The notes beneath the pieces are model-generated. The model was not told the origin of the DNA. It saw only the letters and a list, made by a program, of their open reading frames with translations, and ran no database searches. A program made the position numbers and the translations under genes. From IMG/VR virus record IMGVR_UViG_3300035696_001272: a stretch of DNA of 64,000 nucleotides. One strand, written 5' to 3'. Every line of letters starts with the position of its first letter. The first letter of the stretch is position 1. This document shows, in pieces, positions 18,833 to 29,863 of this stretch. This stretch comes from a virus. Taxonomy: Duplodnaviria; Heunggongvirae; Uroviricota; Caudoviricetes.

Positions 18833-19294
18833 ATGGATCCAATTCTGCAAGTTTTGCTGAGCTGGCAGTTTGTCCTCTTTGGATTAGCTGTTGCCGCAGT
18901 AATGTATGTTATTCGATTGATTGTTGAATATATAGCTTCGGTTCTCAAGAAAGATCTTTCAACATCTAATCTTTGGAATAATCTACTTCTACCAATTCTG
19001 CCCGTCTTTTTTGGTGTTGCTGCAGCGATCGTACTCAAAAAGTTCCCATATCCTGGATTTACTCCAGATATCCATGGTGTAGTTGCTAGAGGTGATAGAA
19101 TTATTTTCGGATTAGTAGCCGGATTATTCTCTACAGTGATGTATCGTGTAATTAAGTCTTTACTTTATCAGAAACTAACGTCTGCAGTTCAAAATCTTAC
19201 TCCAACAGTTGTTGCACCAGGTACTACAACTACAATTACAACAACTACTGGACAAATACCACTAAATCAATTGCCTCCAAGAGGTCAGGTCTGA
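18833..19294 (+). CDS. Small multi-pass membrane protein (holin-like candidate)
   Basis: Three hydrophobic segments; AAGGAG RBS. Confidence 0.55.
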   Translation: MDPILQVLLSWQFVLFGLAVAAVMYVIRLIVEYIASVLKKDLSTSNLWNNLLLPILPVFFGVAAAIVLKKFPYPGFTPDIHGVVARGDRIIFGLVAGLFSTVMYRVIKSLLYQKLTSAVQNLTPTVVAPGTTTTITTTTGQIPLNQLPPRGQV

Positions 19295-19310
19295 TACTTT
19301 TTAGTTATAT

Positions 19311-22300
19311 ATGGTGAATATGAGCAATTATCCAAATGCTTTTGATGACGACAGCACACTTCCAGCTGTAAATGACAATATCGATCAGATTGGTGGCGAT
19401 GCCATTAATGCGCTGAGAGATGCTGTTATGCAAATTGAGATGACTCTTGGAATTAATGTCCAAGGTACGACTCCAAATTTGGCAACTCGTCTACTCACCC
19501 TAATTAACCTAGATGGCAGCCCAAATATTGCTACCTTCACCAGCCTAGGTCTAGTAACCCTTCCAATCTTTAACTTTCAAGTTGCTGATAATGCTGGTAT
19601 CGTAGAATCTAAGCTCACTCTAGACTATCCAACACAAACTCTTTATAACTACATTAGAGACCTATCCAGAGATGTCAATTTGGCACTTGGCTGGATCTCA
19701 GTTACTGGTGTTAAACTAGAGCCTCATCTTATTGGTGTTATCTATCGCCACAATCTATTACAAATTGATGTTGGAGAAAGTCCAGCCCAATTTTTGAATA
19801 ACGTCTTTAGAGTTGCTAGAAATAATACAGACGCTTATACTTTAATCAGTGATATCAACAATGAACTATTGGCTCACCAATGGGCAGATGGTTCGCCATT
19901 CGGCACTATTCAGAATATTACAACCAACAACGGTTCAACATATCCATCCAATTATGCTCACGTAGCTAGCGGTATCTATGTTAACACTAGCAGATTTGCA
20001 GTAATTCCTCAAACGGACACTGATGCACAATCAATATTTGAATACTTTGACAGCAACAGTCTCTTCCTCTTGGGTACTAGAATCCAGAACCTTTACGGTA
20101 ATGGCATCTCCAAGCACTCCACCTCTTCTAGCTTAACAACTGATGGCTATGGACAGCCACTAGTTCCAGTTACTGCGGCCATTGCGTTCTTGAGAGGCAT
20201 GGGTAATAACAGTATTCCAATCGATGATATCGCTATCGGTGATGATATCATTCAATTCCTGCCATCTTCTTCAGTAACCAGCAATAACTCATTCGATGAG
20301 CAATTCGCTCTCGTTAAAGTTGGTGACATTATCAGAGTTAACTATGCTGGTGATGGATACAATATAGAAGTTCCGTTCGTCATCTCTGAGAAAAAATACA
20401 TTCAAGGTGGTGGCAACAAGATTTTCATTGTCAGAATTGCTGGCAAGAATATCATGTATTCTCCAAATGCTACAGCTCGCATCGATAGAGATCTGTACAA
20501 CATCAACAAGTATGGTGTATTGGCTGTTGCTTCAGGTGCAGCTGCCAACTCTTCTGGAACTTCTCTAACAGGACTTATCCCAAGCTTGATTGTAGCTGCT
20601 CCAAGAGGAGCCCAAGCTCTAGGCGTCAATTTTAGTCCGGATCAATTCAACGAATCGCACTATCTGTTGTATCTAGCTTTGTTCACTGACGGTAATCCTC
20701 TAGATGGATACACCATACTACCAGGAATCGACGTCACTGGAAACCGAGGTACTACACCAGGTTCCTATACACTAGATTCTATCGTCACCGCCACTAACAA
20801 TGCTTTTAGACAGCCTGGCTTCAACTATCGATTCATTGCCTTCGAATATCAAGGCGAATTCGGTATCATGTTGGCCGATTCCATAAACAATGCTTCGTTC
20901 TCAATAATTAGCGCTGTGGTCAATGGAAGTGGTTATGATCAGGCCAATACACAACTAAACTTCCCTAACAACGTTATCGATGTCTTTCCAGTTACTGGTA
21001 CTGTGGCGTTGGATCCATTGGGTTTTGGTCCTGCCAACGCGGGTATCGCAAGCCCACCATTCCAGATGTCATACATCACGGCTGAACAAGCTCAGTTCCC
21101 AACTATCTTGTTGCCACCACTTAGACGTAATAACTACTATGTTGATGGAACCGAACGTGAATTGCTCAACTTAGACGTTGGCCAGGTGTTGGACACCTAC
21201 GGTGATGGTTATTGGGTTGCTACTGTTGATGGTTATTCAAACAACCCAGGTCCACCAGGACATACTACGGTTACTTACAATATCCCACTAGATTTGTCAG
21301 CTTCCGGATTGAAGATAGGCAAGACTTTAATTGTCCAGCAATTAGGAAACAATCTAGGATTGGTCAACTACGGTCGTTTCATTATCCAGAATGTTACATT
21401 CAGCTGCTGTCCACCAATTGAAACTCAAATCACTGTATATGACGGTGTTCATGCCACCGGCGTTTCACCATCCATAGTCGCTCCAATCGGATCCCAAGTA
21501 GCTATCTACTTCAGTTCATCTTCTGTATCTTTCAATGCTGAGACTGCCACGGATTTCTCTCCAGTTAGCGCTCCATTCAAGAGACACTTCGAACTTTACG
21601 TTGATGATAATGGCAACACTTACACTCACGAAAGAGGCAGACTCAGTATTACTGGTAATGTCGTTGTTAACGGAGTAACTCTATACAACAGTTTGCCACA
21701 GTTGGGACAACTTGATATGGTTAGCATCTCTCCAAAGTTGAGAGGATATCAATTTGGTTCTGTTAACAAAATTACGCTACAAATATCCAGCTTCAACTCC
21801 ACTACCGGTATCCTTACTGCTAATTTGGCTGAGTTTAATGGAGGCCCATTCTCAAGACCGGGCCCAGTCACTTCTGGTAAGGTCGGTGAAGTAATCAAGT
21901 TCTACGATGAAACGAACATCGATTATATCGAAGTCATCTTTGAGTTTGGTAATACTATTCCAACTTTCTCTAACCAATATATTGATTTCCAGTTGTTCCC
22001 AAGCCTAGCCTTGGATGGCGAGATCATGATACTCGCTTCTTGTCAAGAGCGTACCGATACGAATATCGTTGACCACATTGTAGATCTACGACAGTTCGGA
22101 AATATTACTGAAAACGAACTAAGCACTTCTGCTCTCAATTTGATATCGGCATCTGACAGACTGTTACATTTCAATGGTGTAATCAGAGGATTTGATGCTA
22201 CAGTGGCAGGGGGTTATGCAACCAGCGGATTACTTACTCTAACAGGTGGATTGGCTCTGGCCAATGGTGATTTGCTGTCCATTAACGATCAAATATTCAC

Positions 22301-25229
22301 TGTACCACCACTTCAAGAAACATATCTCTCCGTTATGTACCCGATCAACTACGCTTTGTGCGTTAATTCGGGTGGTGAGCTAGTTACTATCGTACTCACA
22401 GACTATGACCCTGTTTTGGGAACACCAAATGCTCCAACCAGAGTGGTCACTGTCACTAACGTAGTTTCTTCTACCTCATACGAAGTCGATTCCAACACTT
22501 TCTCTTACATCCTCAACAATAGAAAGGATTTGACAGTCCTTTACATTGTCTCGTCAGTAGTAACTGGAACTGGAAGTTCAGCAACTACTGCGCTCACTAT
22601 CCGTGATGTTAGAAGATTCGTTAACGACTCTGATTCCAGCGTTCCTGCCGTTTTGACTAGCGACAACTCGCAAGGTAACTTCAAGACACTCGCTGCCGCT
22701 CTAAATTGGCTCAAATTTAACGCTGCTTTCCAAGACCAGCTACAGGTTAAGGGCGCATTCGCAATATCTACCGATCCTGGTTTGAATTTCCCGCTGTACA
22801 TCAGTGGTGGTGGTTCAACAGCAAGCTTAACATTCAATACTACCATGAATATGTCAAACGTTACATTCAACAATGTAACTGTAGTATTCAACGGAGCACT
22901 AACTGCAACTAACGTCACCTTCAATAACTGCAATATCACTTTCAATGCAGCAACTACACTAACTAATGTCATTATCGACCCGTCTGTAGTTAATGTCGCC
23001 GGTTTGGTGACCGTTTCACAAACATCAATCCTAAATTCGACTGTCAATGTCAGCGTTACACAAGGATTTGCCCTTGGTTCAACCAACACTTTCGCTGGCT
23101 CGACTTTCAACTACACTGCCAACCCAGTAGGTGGCGGCGGTTACAGCACTTCTGATTTGGTCAATGCCGGATCAGGTATGATGTATGCCAACGTTACTAC
23201 TTCACTTGGTGGATTGACCGTTAGAAAGTGTACTTTCAACAACACTCTAGCCGATCACTTTCCATTCATTAGCTTGCAGCTCGGTGGAGCCATGGCCCCA
23301 TTTGCTTACAGCGCAATTGTTCGTGGAATAGATATCGACGACAACCAATTCAACAACCTGTTCGTTGGTAATGATCGCAGAGCCGTAATCGCTATTACAT
23401 CTACTATCACCGCAGCTCCTCCAGCCAGCAGTTACCCGGCGTTTCCAAAATTGGTGGATGTCAGCATTACTGACAACGTTTGCAACTATGATCAGATGAT
23501 CCTATTGTCCACCGTTAGAATTGCCGGTTCGCCAATCACTGGCTCTATGTTGACCTGTGTGGACTGTACCATTCAAGACAACGTTTGCGGTGTAATTGGT
23601 TACATGACTGCTTCCGATGTAATTTCCAGCGGAGACAACTCGGAGACTGCCAATCTTGGAGCTATCCGAGACAAGATTGACCAGCTGGTTATCCAACACA
23701 ACACCTGTAAACTGATTACCAACTTGGATTCAGTAGGACAGTACATCGCCTTCAATACTTCTGAACAAGCAACTCCTGTAGATTGGGTCAAGGTCGGAAC
23801 TGGTGCTGTTACCATAGAGAAAAATGCAAGCAGCTGGATTCTAGTCGGAGCTTCAAATTGGAGCCAAAACACTGCAGTCTATACAAATCTTAATGGTGAG
23901 GGAGCAATCATTTCCAAGAACAGGCTCTCAGCATACAACTCTGCCTTCTTGAATGCTTATCAAGACGTCAACAACAGCGGACTCGTACCTCCAAATATTG
24001 CTATCCATCTAAGATACGATGCTTATCAGCAATCTGATTTTAACATTACCCAAAGCGTCATCAATGATAATATCATTGATTCTAGAACTTGGTTAGAGTC
24101 GGTAGGTTTCGTTTACAACACCTTTAACTATGCTATCGGTATCAAGTGTGAAAATAGCGCTAATATAATCAACAACACCATAGATCGTCCAGGACGTTCT
24201 TCTACTATGATTCTATTGGGCGGCACTGCCTCCGGTGGACCAATTATCAGATGCAATGGAAACATACTGAGCCGTGGAAGCACCATCATAGCAGCTTATT
24301 TCCAGGGCATCAACAATACCGCTATTAACAATGTTAATATCACCGGCAACACTCTTGATAGTCCAACTATCGATGGAAGCACTACCACTGTAGGCATTAA
24401 CATCTCTCCTTACTGGACATTCCACACCAACGTCAATCAAACAGCTTACCTATCTATTTCTGCAACTGATTACCAGAATTACGCATCAAGTCTTGGTCTG
24501 TCAAATGAAAATACAGCTAGCGGTGCAGTTGGAGCAGGTGGTGGACAAGGTACTTTTGGAACTGACTATAACGGAGCTTTCTATATAGATTCTAGCAACG
24601 GATTCCAAGTTGCCAGGGTAGTTGGATCTCTTAGCTTTGGTCTTGGAACAAGCTATGGTCCAGCCGCCGAGTACATGATTGTTTCTGATTACACTTACGT
24701 GCCAGCTGCTGGTGAAAGAAACTACAGCTTTACTGTTCCACTAGATCACGGCTTGCCAATGGGCGCCAAGATCATTTCTGTCACCATGGGTATTTATTTG
24801 ACACAGAACGGAGCAACCTTGGATATTTCTGCCGGTACAAATAACCAGTACACGCTGAGCTTGATACCTTATCTCCCAACCGCAACTGCCAACTCTGCAA
24901 ACGGAGTAGCAGATGTCAAGAGTAACATAAGGCTACTTGGCGGTATAACTGACGAAGCTTTGAATATCTTCGGACTTCTACAAAGTACTTTCTTTGTCGG
25001 TAGCTCTACCACATCAAATCAAAGACAAATATCAGATTTGACCAGCGCAACTCAATACATGACTATTACAGCTGCGCAGACTTCCGCAAACCAACAATGG
25101 TATACCGTGGATGGTCTCCACAGAATTGCAGCAACCTTTGATTTCAACTATAAGAGAATGGGTGGTACCACAGCCGCGCATTTCGTAACCTGGTACCTAT
25201 CTCCAATAGTTGTACAATACAGATGGTAA
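19311..25229 (+). CDS. Very large structural protein with right-handed beta-helix region (tailspike/appendage-like), 1972 aa
   Basis: N-terminal YP..DD...INALRDAVMQIE anchor-like helix; Asn/Thr/Val ladder repeats (NVTFNNVTVVFNG, NVTFNNCNITFN, IxxN) from about 22.8 kb; 5 DGY in N-terminal third; start could be 19320. Confidence 0.65.
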   Translation: MVNMSNYPNAFDDDSTLPAVNDNIDQIGGDAINALRDAVMQIEMTLGINVQGTTPNLATRLLTLINLDGSPNIATFTSLGLVTLPIFNFQVADNAGIVESKLTLDYPTQTLYNYIRDLSRDVNLALGWISVTGVKLEPHLIGVIYRHNLLQIDVGESPAQFLNNVFRVARNNTDAYTLISDINNELLAHQWADGSPFGTIQNITTNNGSTYPSNYAHVASGIYVNTSRFAVIPQTDTDAQSIFEYFDSNSLFLLGTRIQNLYGNGISKHSTSSSLTTDGYGQPLVPVTAAIAFLRGMGNNSIPIDDIAIGDDIIQFLPSSSVTSNNSFDEQFALVKVGDIIRVNYAGDGYNIEVPFVISEKKYIQGGGNKIFIVRIAGKNIMYSPNATARIDRDLYNINKYGVLAVASGAAANSSGTSLTGLIPSLIVAAPRGAQALGVNFSPDQFNESHYLLYLALFTDGNPLDGYTILPGIDVTGNRGTTPGSYTLDSIVTATNNAFRQPGFNYRFIAFEYQGEFGIMLADSINNASFSIISAVVNGSGYDQANTQLNFPNNVIDVFPVTGTVALDPLGFGPANAGIASPPFQMSYITAEQAQFPTILLPPLRRNNYYVDGTERELLNLDVGQVLDTYGDGYWVATVDGYSNNPGPPGHTTVTYNIPLDLSASGLKIGKTLIVQQLGNNLGLVNYGRFIIQNVTFSCCPPIETQITVYDGVHATGVSPSIVAPIGSQVAIYFSSSSVSFNAETATDFSPVSAPFKRHFELYVDDNGNTYTHERGRLSITGNVVVNGVTLYNSLPQLGQLDMVSISPKLRGYQFGSVNKITLQISSFNSTTGILTANLAEFNGGPFSRPGPVTSGKVGEVIKFYDETNIDYIEVIFEFGNTIPTFSNQYIDFQLFPSLALDGEIMILASCQERTDTNIVDHIVDLRQFGNITENELSTSALNLISASDRLLHFNGVIRGFDATVAGGYATSGLLTLTGGLALANGDLLSINDQIFTVPPLQETYLSVMYPINYALCVNSGGELVTIVLTDYDPVLGTPNAPTRVVTVTNVVSSTSYEVDSNTFSYILNNRKDLTVLYIVSSVVTGTGSSATTALTIRDVRRFVNDSDSSVPAVLTSDNSQGNFKTLAAALNWLKFNAAFQDQLQVKGAFAISTDPGLNFPLYISGGGSTASLTFNTTMNMSNVTFNNVTVVFNGALTATNVTFNNCNITFNAATTLTNVIIDPSVVNVAGLVTVSQTSILNSTVNVSVTQGFALGSTNTFAGSTFNYTANPVGGGGYSTSDLVNAGSGMMYANVTTSLGGLTVRKCTFNNTLADHFPFISLQLGGAMAPFAYSAIVRGIDIDDNQFNNLFVGNDRRAVIAITSTITAAPPASSYPAFPKLVDVSITDNVCNYDQMILLSTVRIAGSPITGSMLTCVDCTIQDNVCGVIGYMTASDVISSGDNSETANLGAIRDKIDQLVIQHNTCKLITNLDSVGQYIAFNTSEQATPVDWVKVGTGAVTIEKNASSWILVGASNWSQNTAVYTNLNGEGAIISKNRLSAYNSAFLNAYQDVNNSGLVPPNIAIHLRYDAYQQSDFNITQSVINDNIIDSRTWLESVGFVYNTFNYAIGIKCENSANIINNTIDRPGRSSTMILLGGTASGGPIIRCNGNILSRGSTIIAAYFQGINNTAINNVNITGNTLDSPTIDGSTTTVGINISPYWTFHTNVNQTAYLSISATDYQNYASSLGLSNENTASGAVGAGGGQGTFGTDYNGAFYIDSSNGFQVARVVGSLSFGLGTSYGPAAEYMIVSDYTYVPAAGERNYSFTVPLDHGLPMGAKIISVTMGIYLTQNGATLDISAGTNNQYTLSLIPYLPTATANSANGVADVKSNIRLLGGITDEALNIFGLLQSTFFVGSSTTSNQRQISDLTSATQYMTITAAQTSANQQWYTVDGLHRIAATFDFNYKRMGGTTAAHFVTWYLSPIVVQYRW

Positions 25230-25232
25230 ATA

Positions 25233-26060
25233 ATGGGTACTAATAATTTCTCTAAAACAGACCTGAATAATATCTACAATATCGTTCAATCTTCGATGAT
25301 AGTGTATCCAAAGGAAATCATTATTGCTACATTACGTGATTTCTTTTCACAGGATAGTTATTACCATTTTTCTAAGGATCAATGGGGATTTGCAAACACA
25401 ACAGATCACACCGATCTGCCACCCGGAGCCGACTTGCCTAGAGGGCCGGGTGCTAACCCACAATTGAACCCGAGCCCAATTCTGCCCACTCGTATCTTCA
25501 TTGGTGAAAACTGGAGATACGATGCTATTTTTTATCCTGCTATCCTGGTTAAGAGTGGCGGCACTAGATATGTACCAATTTCTATCAATCGTAACCAAGG
25601 CGGCATTGAGTTTAGTAAAATTCTCTTTGCGGATGGGTATGGTAATGAAACAGCTATCTACAGACCTGTGGCCGTCGTAACAAATGGTGCTTGGGAAGGG
25701 TCAATTTTGATAGATGTTATGAGCAGGAGTTTAAGAGCTAGAGATGATTTGGTAGAGCTAATTGGAATGTGTTTCACAGAAATACATTTCGACACACTAC
25801 ACGACATAGGCATTATAGTCAAGCCAATTACAGTCAGTGGCACAACCGAGACAGACGACCGAAACGACAAGCTATTTAGGCAAACTCTAACATTAGATAT
25901 AAGAACTGAGTGGAAGAGAGTGATACCAATAGAGAATACTATTGACTCTATTTTCTTTACAGCCACCTTTTCAGATTTGTCGCAGCCAAACAGCCCAATA
26001 GCAGCCAATCTAACTATCAATACAGAAGTTGGTATGGTGGATATGCTACTAAATATGTAA
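25233..26060 (+). CDS. Probable tail terminator/completion protein
   Basis: Directly upstream of sheath; YPAILVK...GSILIDVMSRSLRARDDLVELI...LFRQTLTLDIRTEW pattern fits tail-completion proteins; mostly synteny. Confidence 0.55.
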   Translation: MGTNNFSKTDLNNIYNIVQSSMIVYPKEIIIATLRDFFSQDSYYHFSKDQWGFANTTDHTDLPPGADLPRGPGANPQLNPSPILPTRIFIGENWRYDAIFYPAILVKSGGTRYVPISINRNQGGIEFSKILFADGYGNETAIYRPVAVVTNGAWEGSILIDVMSRSLRARDDLVELIGMCFTEIHFDTLHDIGIIVKPITVSGTTETDDRNDKLFRQTLTLDIRTEWKRVIPIENTIDSIFFTATFSDLSQPNSPIAANLTINTEVGMVDMLLNM

Positions 26061-26197
26061 AATAGGGTGGGTAGATTTAGGCATAATTATAAAGTTTAAG
26101 ACCGGCAAGCCACAAAATGTGTGAATATGACTTCAAGGATAGCAATATTACTACATTTTAGTGATGCAGTCCACAAACCGAGTGAGAAGGATTTAAC

Positions 26198-29029
26198 ATG
26201 GCAAATATACCAGGCGCAACAAATGCCTTACCAGGAGTATTTACAAACGTAATAACACAGTCAAGTGGTGTTGCGATTCCTGGAGGTTCACGTGTTACAG
26301 CCATGATTGGCCAAGGTTCTACCAATGAGACCTTAGTTGCCCAGGCTTTAGGTGGTGGTCAAGACGGACTAAACCCAGAATACACAAGTAGCACAGGCTC
26401 TGACGGCAGACACTTTGCTACAGCAAATTTTCCCCTAGTTTCTAACCGTACTACTATATTCAAGAATGGTATTCCACTAGTTGGATTTGAATTAGGTCCA
26501 ATTACACCAACTACAACTTTTAGTGATATTTACGATTATCAACTCGATCCTACTACCGGACATATTTTGTTACAGTCTGCCCATCTACAAGATCAGGGCG
26601 GAACTTTTTATGTACCACTCAGCACCAACGTTGGTTTGGGTACTTTAAACAACCTGACACTAGAAGATCCAAATGCTCCACCAGAGACTTGGACCATTCG
26701 TTGTGTTGGCGTTCAAAGAAATGCCATGAACCAACCAATTGCCGGAACTGCAGATTTCCAAGCTTTCGGAACTGTCTCTGGCTCTCCACTAGATGCAAAT
26801 GGTAATCCAATTATCTGGATTGCAAATGGCGAGACCGTTACTAACGGAATTCTAAGCTTCAGCATTACCGAAACACAAGTAGGCGGTATGGCTGTTTCTC
26901 CATTCCGTCAAGGTGACGCATTTACTATCATCGTCGCTAGCGGCGTTCTAGTGCGTGGTGACTCTTTGACTACAAATGAGATTCCAGTAAACAACATCAA
27001 CTTGCCAACTGTTCTCACAGGAATTTCCGATGCAACCAATTTCTGCGGACCAGCAAGTTTGACAAACAACTTGAGCTTAGGCGCTCAAATGTTCTTCGCA
27101 AACGGAGCTTCTTCCTTGCTCGCTCTACAAGCGGCCCCACCATTGCCAAGAAGAACATCTTATGTTTTGGATCCAAGCGTAAATGCTCTATCCACAAATC
27201 CAGATGACTTTACCTTCCCTTTCCCAATTGGTGTTGTTCCAGATTTCAACTCTGACATCCATGTCTTCGTAACCAATCCAGCCACTCAAGTAGAAACTCA
27301 GGTACTACCTAACAAGTTTACCTATTACACCCTGAATACTGCTGGCCAGCCAACTACTCAAGAATTCGTCTTCAGTAACCTTCAGCCTCCAGCAGGATAC
27401 TCCTTCGATTATACTGTCGTCAACAGCTTCGAAACCGTGGTTAGCGAATTTGACGGTTACATTGGTAGACTACCAGCTTTCGGAACGACAGCAGTCTTCA
27501 ACTCACCAAGTGTTGAATTTGATTTAAGCTATGTCGGACAGTTACTAAAGGTTATCGACTCTAACAACAGAGCCAACGTTGGTATCTTCAACATCACTGG
27601 TGTTTCCAGCGGTCAATTGACTATCCAGACCATCACAACTGGTGAGCCTGGTGATCCAATTCCATATCCAACTCCAAGCGGCTTCCCCGATTTCGTTCAG
27701 GATCCTCTTCCACAAACATTTGAACTCATCTATGTCCCAACTGGTTTGCCAGTGGTGGGCGGATCTGGTACAGATGGTACATTGGTTGGTTTCACAAACA
27801 CCGCACAAGCTACGCTACACAGCACCGCTGTTAACTTCAGTACCTTCCCTAACTTGATAGCAGATTACAGACTGCAAATCAATGGATCAACTGTTGGAAA
27901 CAATGGTCTATACGATATCATTGGCTACAACTCTCTAACCAACACTTTGACAATACAAATGGCCTTTGTTAGCGAGAGCGGTCTGAGATATGAAGTCCTA
28001 GATCCAGATCTCACCAGCACTTACTTGGTTTTGAACCACAACGTTGTTCCAAACGGCAACCAACTTAGAGTTACTATCGTTGACGCCAGAGACGCAGCTT
28101 TCTATGATGCTGGCTGGGTCAATGCTCTCGAAGTTCTAACAACTGTCGAATGCGATATCTTGGTTCCACTACCAAATCAAACCATCACAGTTATTTTCCA
28201 GAACTGCTTGAGTCATTGTATCACAATGAGCAATATTGCGAACAGAAAAGAAAGAGTGTTGTTCATCGGAGCTATCCAAGGTTTGACACCAGCCAACTTG
28301 ACTGGCGCACAACTGGCCGCAGTTGAAGATTTGGGTATCCTGGAAGGAATTCCTAACAACGATATTACTAGCACTTTGGCTGGTAACATCCAGGACATTG
28401 CTAACTACTCTGTACCAGATGCTTATGGCGAGACATTCAGAGCCGTTTATTTCTATCCTGACCAGATCGTGGTACAGGCTGGCAGTGAAAACGTGCTCAT
28501 CGATGGATTCTATATCGCAGCTGCTGCCGCAGGTTATGCTAACGCGGACCTCAACTTGGCAAATCCATTCACCAACAAGGTGTTCAGCGGATTTACCATC
28601 CTCAGAAACAAGACCTTCTCTACTATGGTCTTGGAGCAATTGGCTCAAGCAGGCGTCACTACTCTACAACCAGTCGCTGGTGGTGGAAGAGTGGTCTGGG
28701 GTATTACCACTTCACAAAGTGGATTCCCAGAGGAACAAGAAATCTCTATCGTCTTCATCAGAGACAGAGTTGCTAAGGTATTGCGTTCTGGATTCGCAGG
28801 CTTCATTGGAACTCCACAAACCGCCAATACACCAATCGCTTTGAATACAGAAGCTGTGCTCTTGCTCAACTCTCTAGTTACCCAAGGATTGATTGCTGGT
28901 TACAAGGGATTGACAGTAACACAAGATCAAGTAGACCCACGTCAATTCGATATTGCTGTTAGTGTTCAGCCAATTTATCCACTCAACTGGATCTATATCG
29001 TAGTGAATGTTGGTAATTTGGGAATATGA
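26198..29029 (+). CDS. Contractile tail sheath protein with inserted outer domains, 943 aa
   Basis: N-terminal LPGVFT; C-terminal LAQAGVTTLQ...RVVWGITT...EISIVFIRDRV...VSVQPIYPLNWIYIVV typical of sheath C-termini. Confidence 0.9.
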   Translation: MANIPGATNALPGVFTNVITQSSGVAIPGGSRVTAMIGQGSTNETLVAQALGGGQDGLNPEYTSSTGSDGRHFATANFPLVSNRTTIFKNGIPLVGFELGPITPTTTFSDIYDYQLDPTTGHILLQSAHLQDQGGTFYVPLSTNVGLGTLNNLTLEDPNAPPETWTIRCVGVQRNAMNQPIAGTADFQAFGTVSGSPLDANGNPIIWIANGETVTNGILSFSITETQVGGMAVSPFRQGDAFTIIVASGVLVRGDSLTTNEIPVNNINLPTVLTGISDATNFCGPASLTNNLSLGAQMFFANGASSLLALQAAPPLPRRTSYVLDPSVNALSTNPDDFTFPFPIGVVPDFNSDIHVFVTNPATQVETQVLPNKFTYYTLNTAGQPTTQEFVFSNLQPPAGYSFDYTVVNSFETVVSEFDGYIGRLPAFGTTAVFNSPSVEFDLSYVGQLLKVIDSNNRANVGIFNITGVSSGQLTIQTITTGEPGDPIPYPTPSGFPDFVQDPLPQTFELIYVPTGLPVVGGSGTDGTLVGFTNTAQATLHSTAVNFSTFPNLIADYRLQINGSTVGNNGLYDIIGYNSLTNTLTIQMAFVSESGLRYEVLDPDLTSTYLVLNHNVVPNGNQLRVTIVDARDAAFYDAGWVNALEVLTTVECDILVPLPNQTITVIFQNCLSHCITMSNIANRKERVLFIGAIQGLTPANLTGAQLAAVEDLGILEGIPNNDITSTLAGNIQDIANYSVPDAYGETFRAVYFYPDQIVVQAGSENVLIDGFYIAAAAAGYANADLNLANPFTNKVFSGFTILRNKTFSTMVLEQLAQAGVTTLQPVAGGGRVVWGITTSQSGFPEEQEISIVFIRDRVAKVLRSGFAGFIGTPQTANTPIALNTEAVLLLNSLVTQGLIAGYKGLTVTQDQVDPRQFDIAVSVQPIYPLNWIYIVVNVGNLGI

Positions 29030-29060
29030 AAGATATATACCCTTTAGGGAGTAATAACTT

Positions 29061-29774
29061 ATGACTTCGAGTTCAACTTATCCACAAACAGGTTCAACCT
29101 TATACGTACCAGGCGGAAGTACTACAGTTGGTGCAATTAACGTAACTGCTACATCAATTGCTACTAACATATTGATTACAGTTAGAAATCCAAATGCTCC
29201 AGGTGGTTATGTACCAGTAGGTGCAGTTCAGTCGATGGCTATTTCCGAAAGACGTCCACTTAAGATGATTGATGAAGTTGGAACAGATGGTCATATTGAC
29301 TCTACTCCAAATCAATCTACAAACATCACTGGAACTTGCCAGAGAGTAAGATTCGATCAATTAAGAGTTGCTGAAGCTTTTGATAGAAGCTTTTTGCATG
29401 CATCAGCTCAAGTTTATCCTTTTGATATTATCATTTTCGATAAACAAAAATTTGTTACAGGTAGCCAAATTCAAACGGTTATTAAGAACGTTTGGATCTC
29501 TGGTATTGATTATACTTACCAAGTTACTGACTGGGTTATCACAGACAGCATGACCTGGGAAGCAGAAACAATCTTTAGCATGACCCTTGGTGGCAACCCA
29601 GCTGCTCAAGGTGGATACAACCAGATTCAGTCCTTCCAGCAAGGCAATCCAGCTTGGATTGAAGTTGCAACTGATATGGGTCTCAATGGTAGAAGAGGTT
29701 CTTTGGATGCTGCCGGACTTATCGATATTGGTTCTGCCAACTACGGTACTGTCAATACAACCAACATCTTCTAA
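29061..29774 (+). CDS. Tail tube protein
   Basis: Immediately after sheath; VGAVQSMAISE...IDEVG hairpin and beta-rich core consistent with tube fold. Confidence 0.8.
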   Translation: MTSSSTYPQTGSTLYVPGGSTTVGAINVTATSIATNILITVRNPNAPGGYVPVGAVQSMAISERRPLKMIDEVGTDGHIDSTPNQSTNITGTCQRVRFDQLRVAEAFDRSFLHASAQVYPFDIIIFDKQKFVTGSQIQTVIKNVWISGIDYTYQVTDWVITDSMTWEAETIFSMTLGGNPAAQGGYNQIQSFQQGNPAWIEVATDMGLNGRRGSLDAAGLIDIGSANYGTVNTTNIF

Positions 29775-29806
29775 TTCAATAGAATAACATCCATAAATAG
29801 TTCTTA

Positions 29807-29850
29807 AAGTACCCTGTAATGATATATAATCTTTGCAGGGTATTTATTTT
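29807..29850 (+). terminator. Terminator-like hairpin after the tube gene
   Basis: AAGTACCCTGTAA pairs with TTGCAGGGTATTT (2 G-U), followed by ATTTT; loop contains TGATATATAAT. Confidence 0.65.
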
Positions 29851-29863
29851 GTGGAGTTAAACA

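Noticed and set aside
22541-23110. 189-aa minus-strand ORF and many similar antisense ORFs (e.g. 28169-28648, 41476-41775)
   Set aside because: Shadows of long plus-strand genes arising from codon bias; no motifs recognised
28323-28844. 173-aa alternate-frame ORF within the sheath gene
   Set aside because: Fully nested in the conserved sheath C-terminus, with off-frame-like composition and no motif
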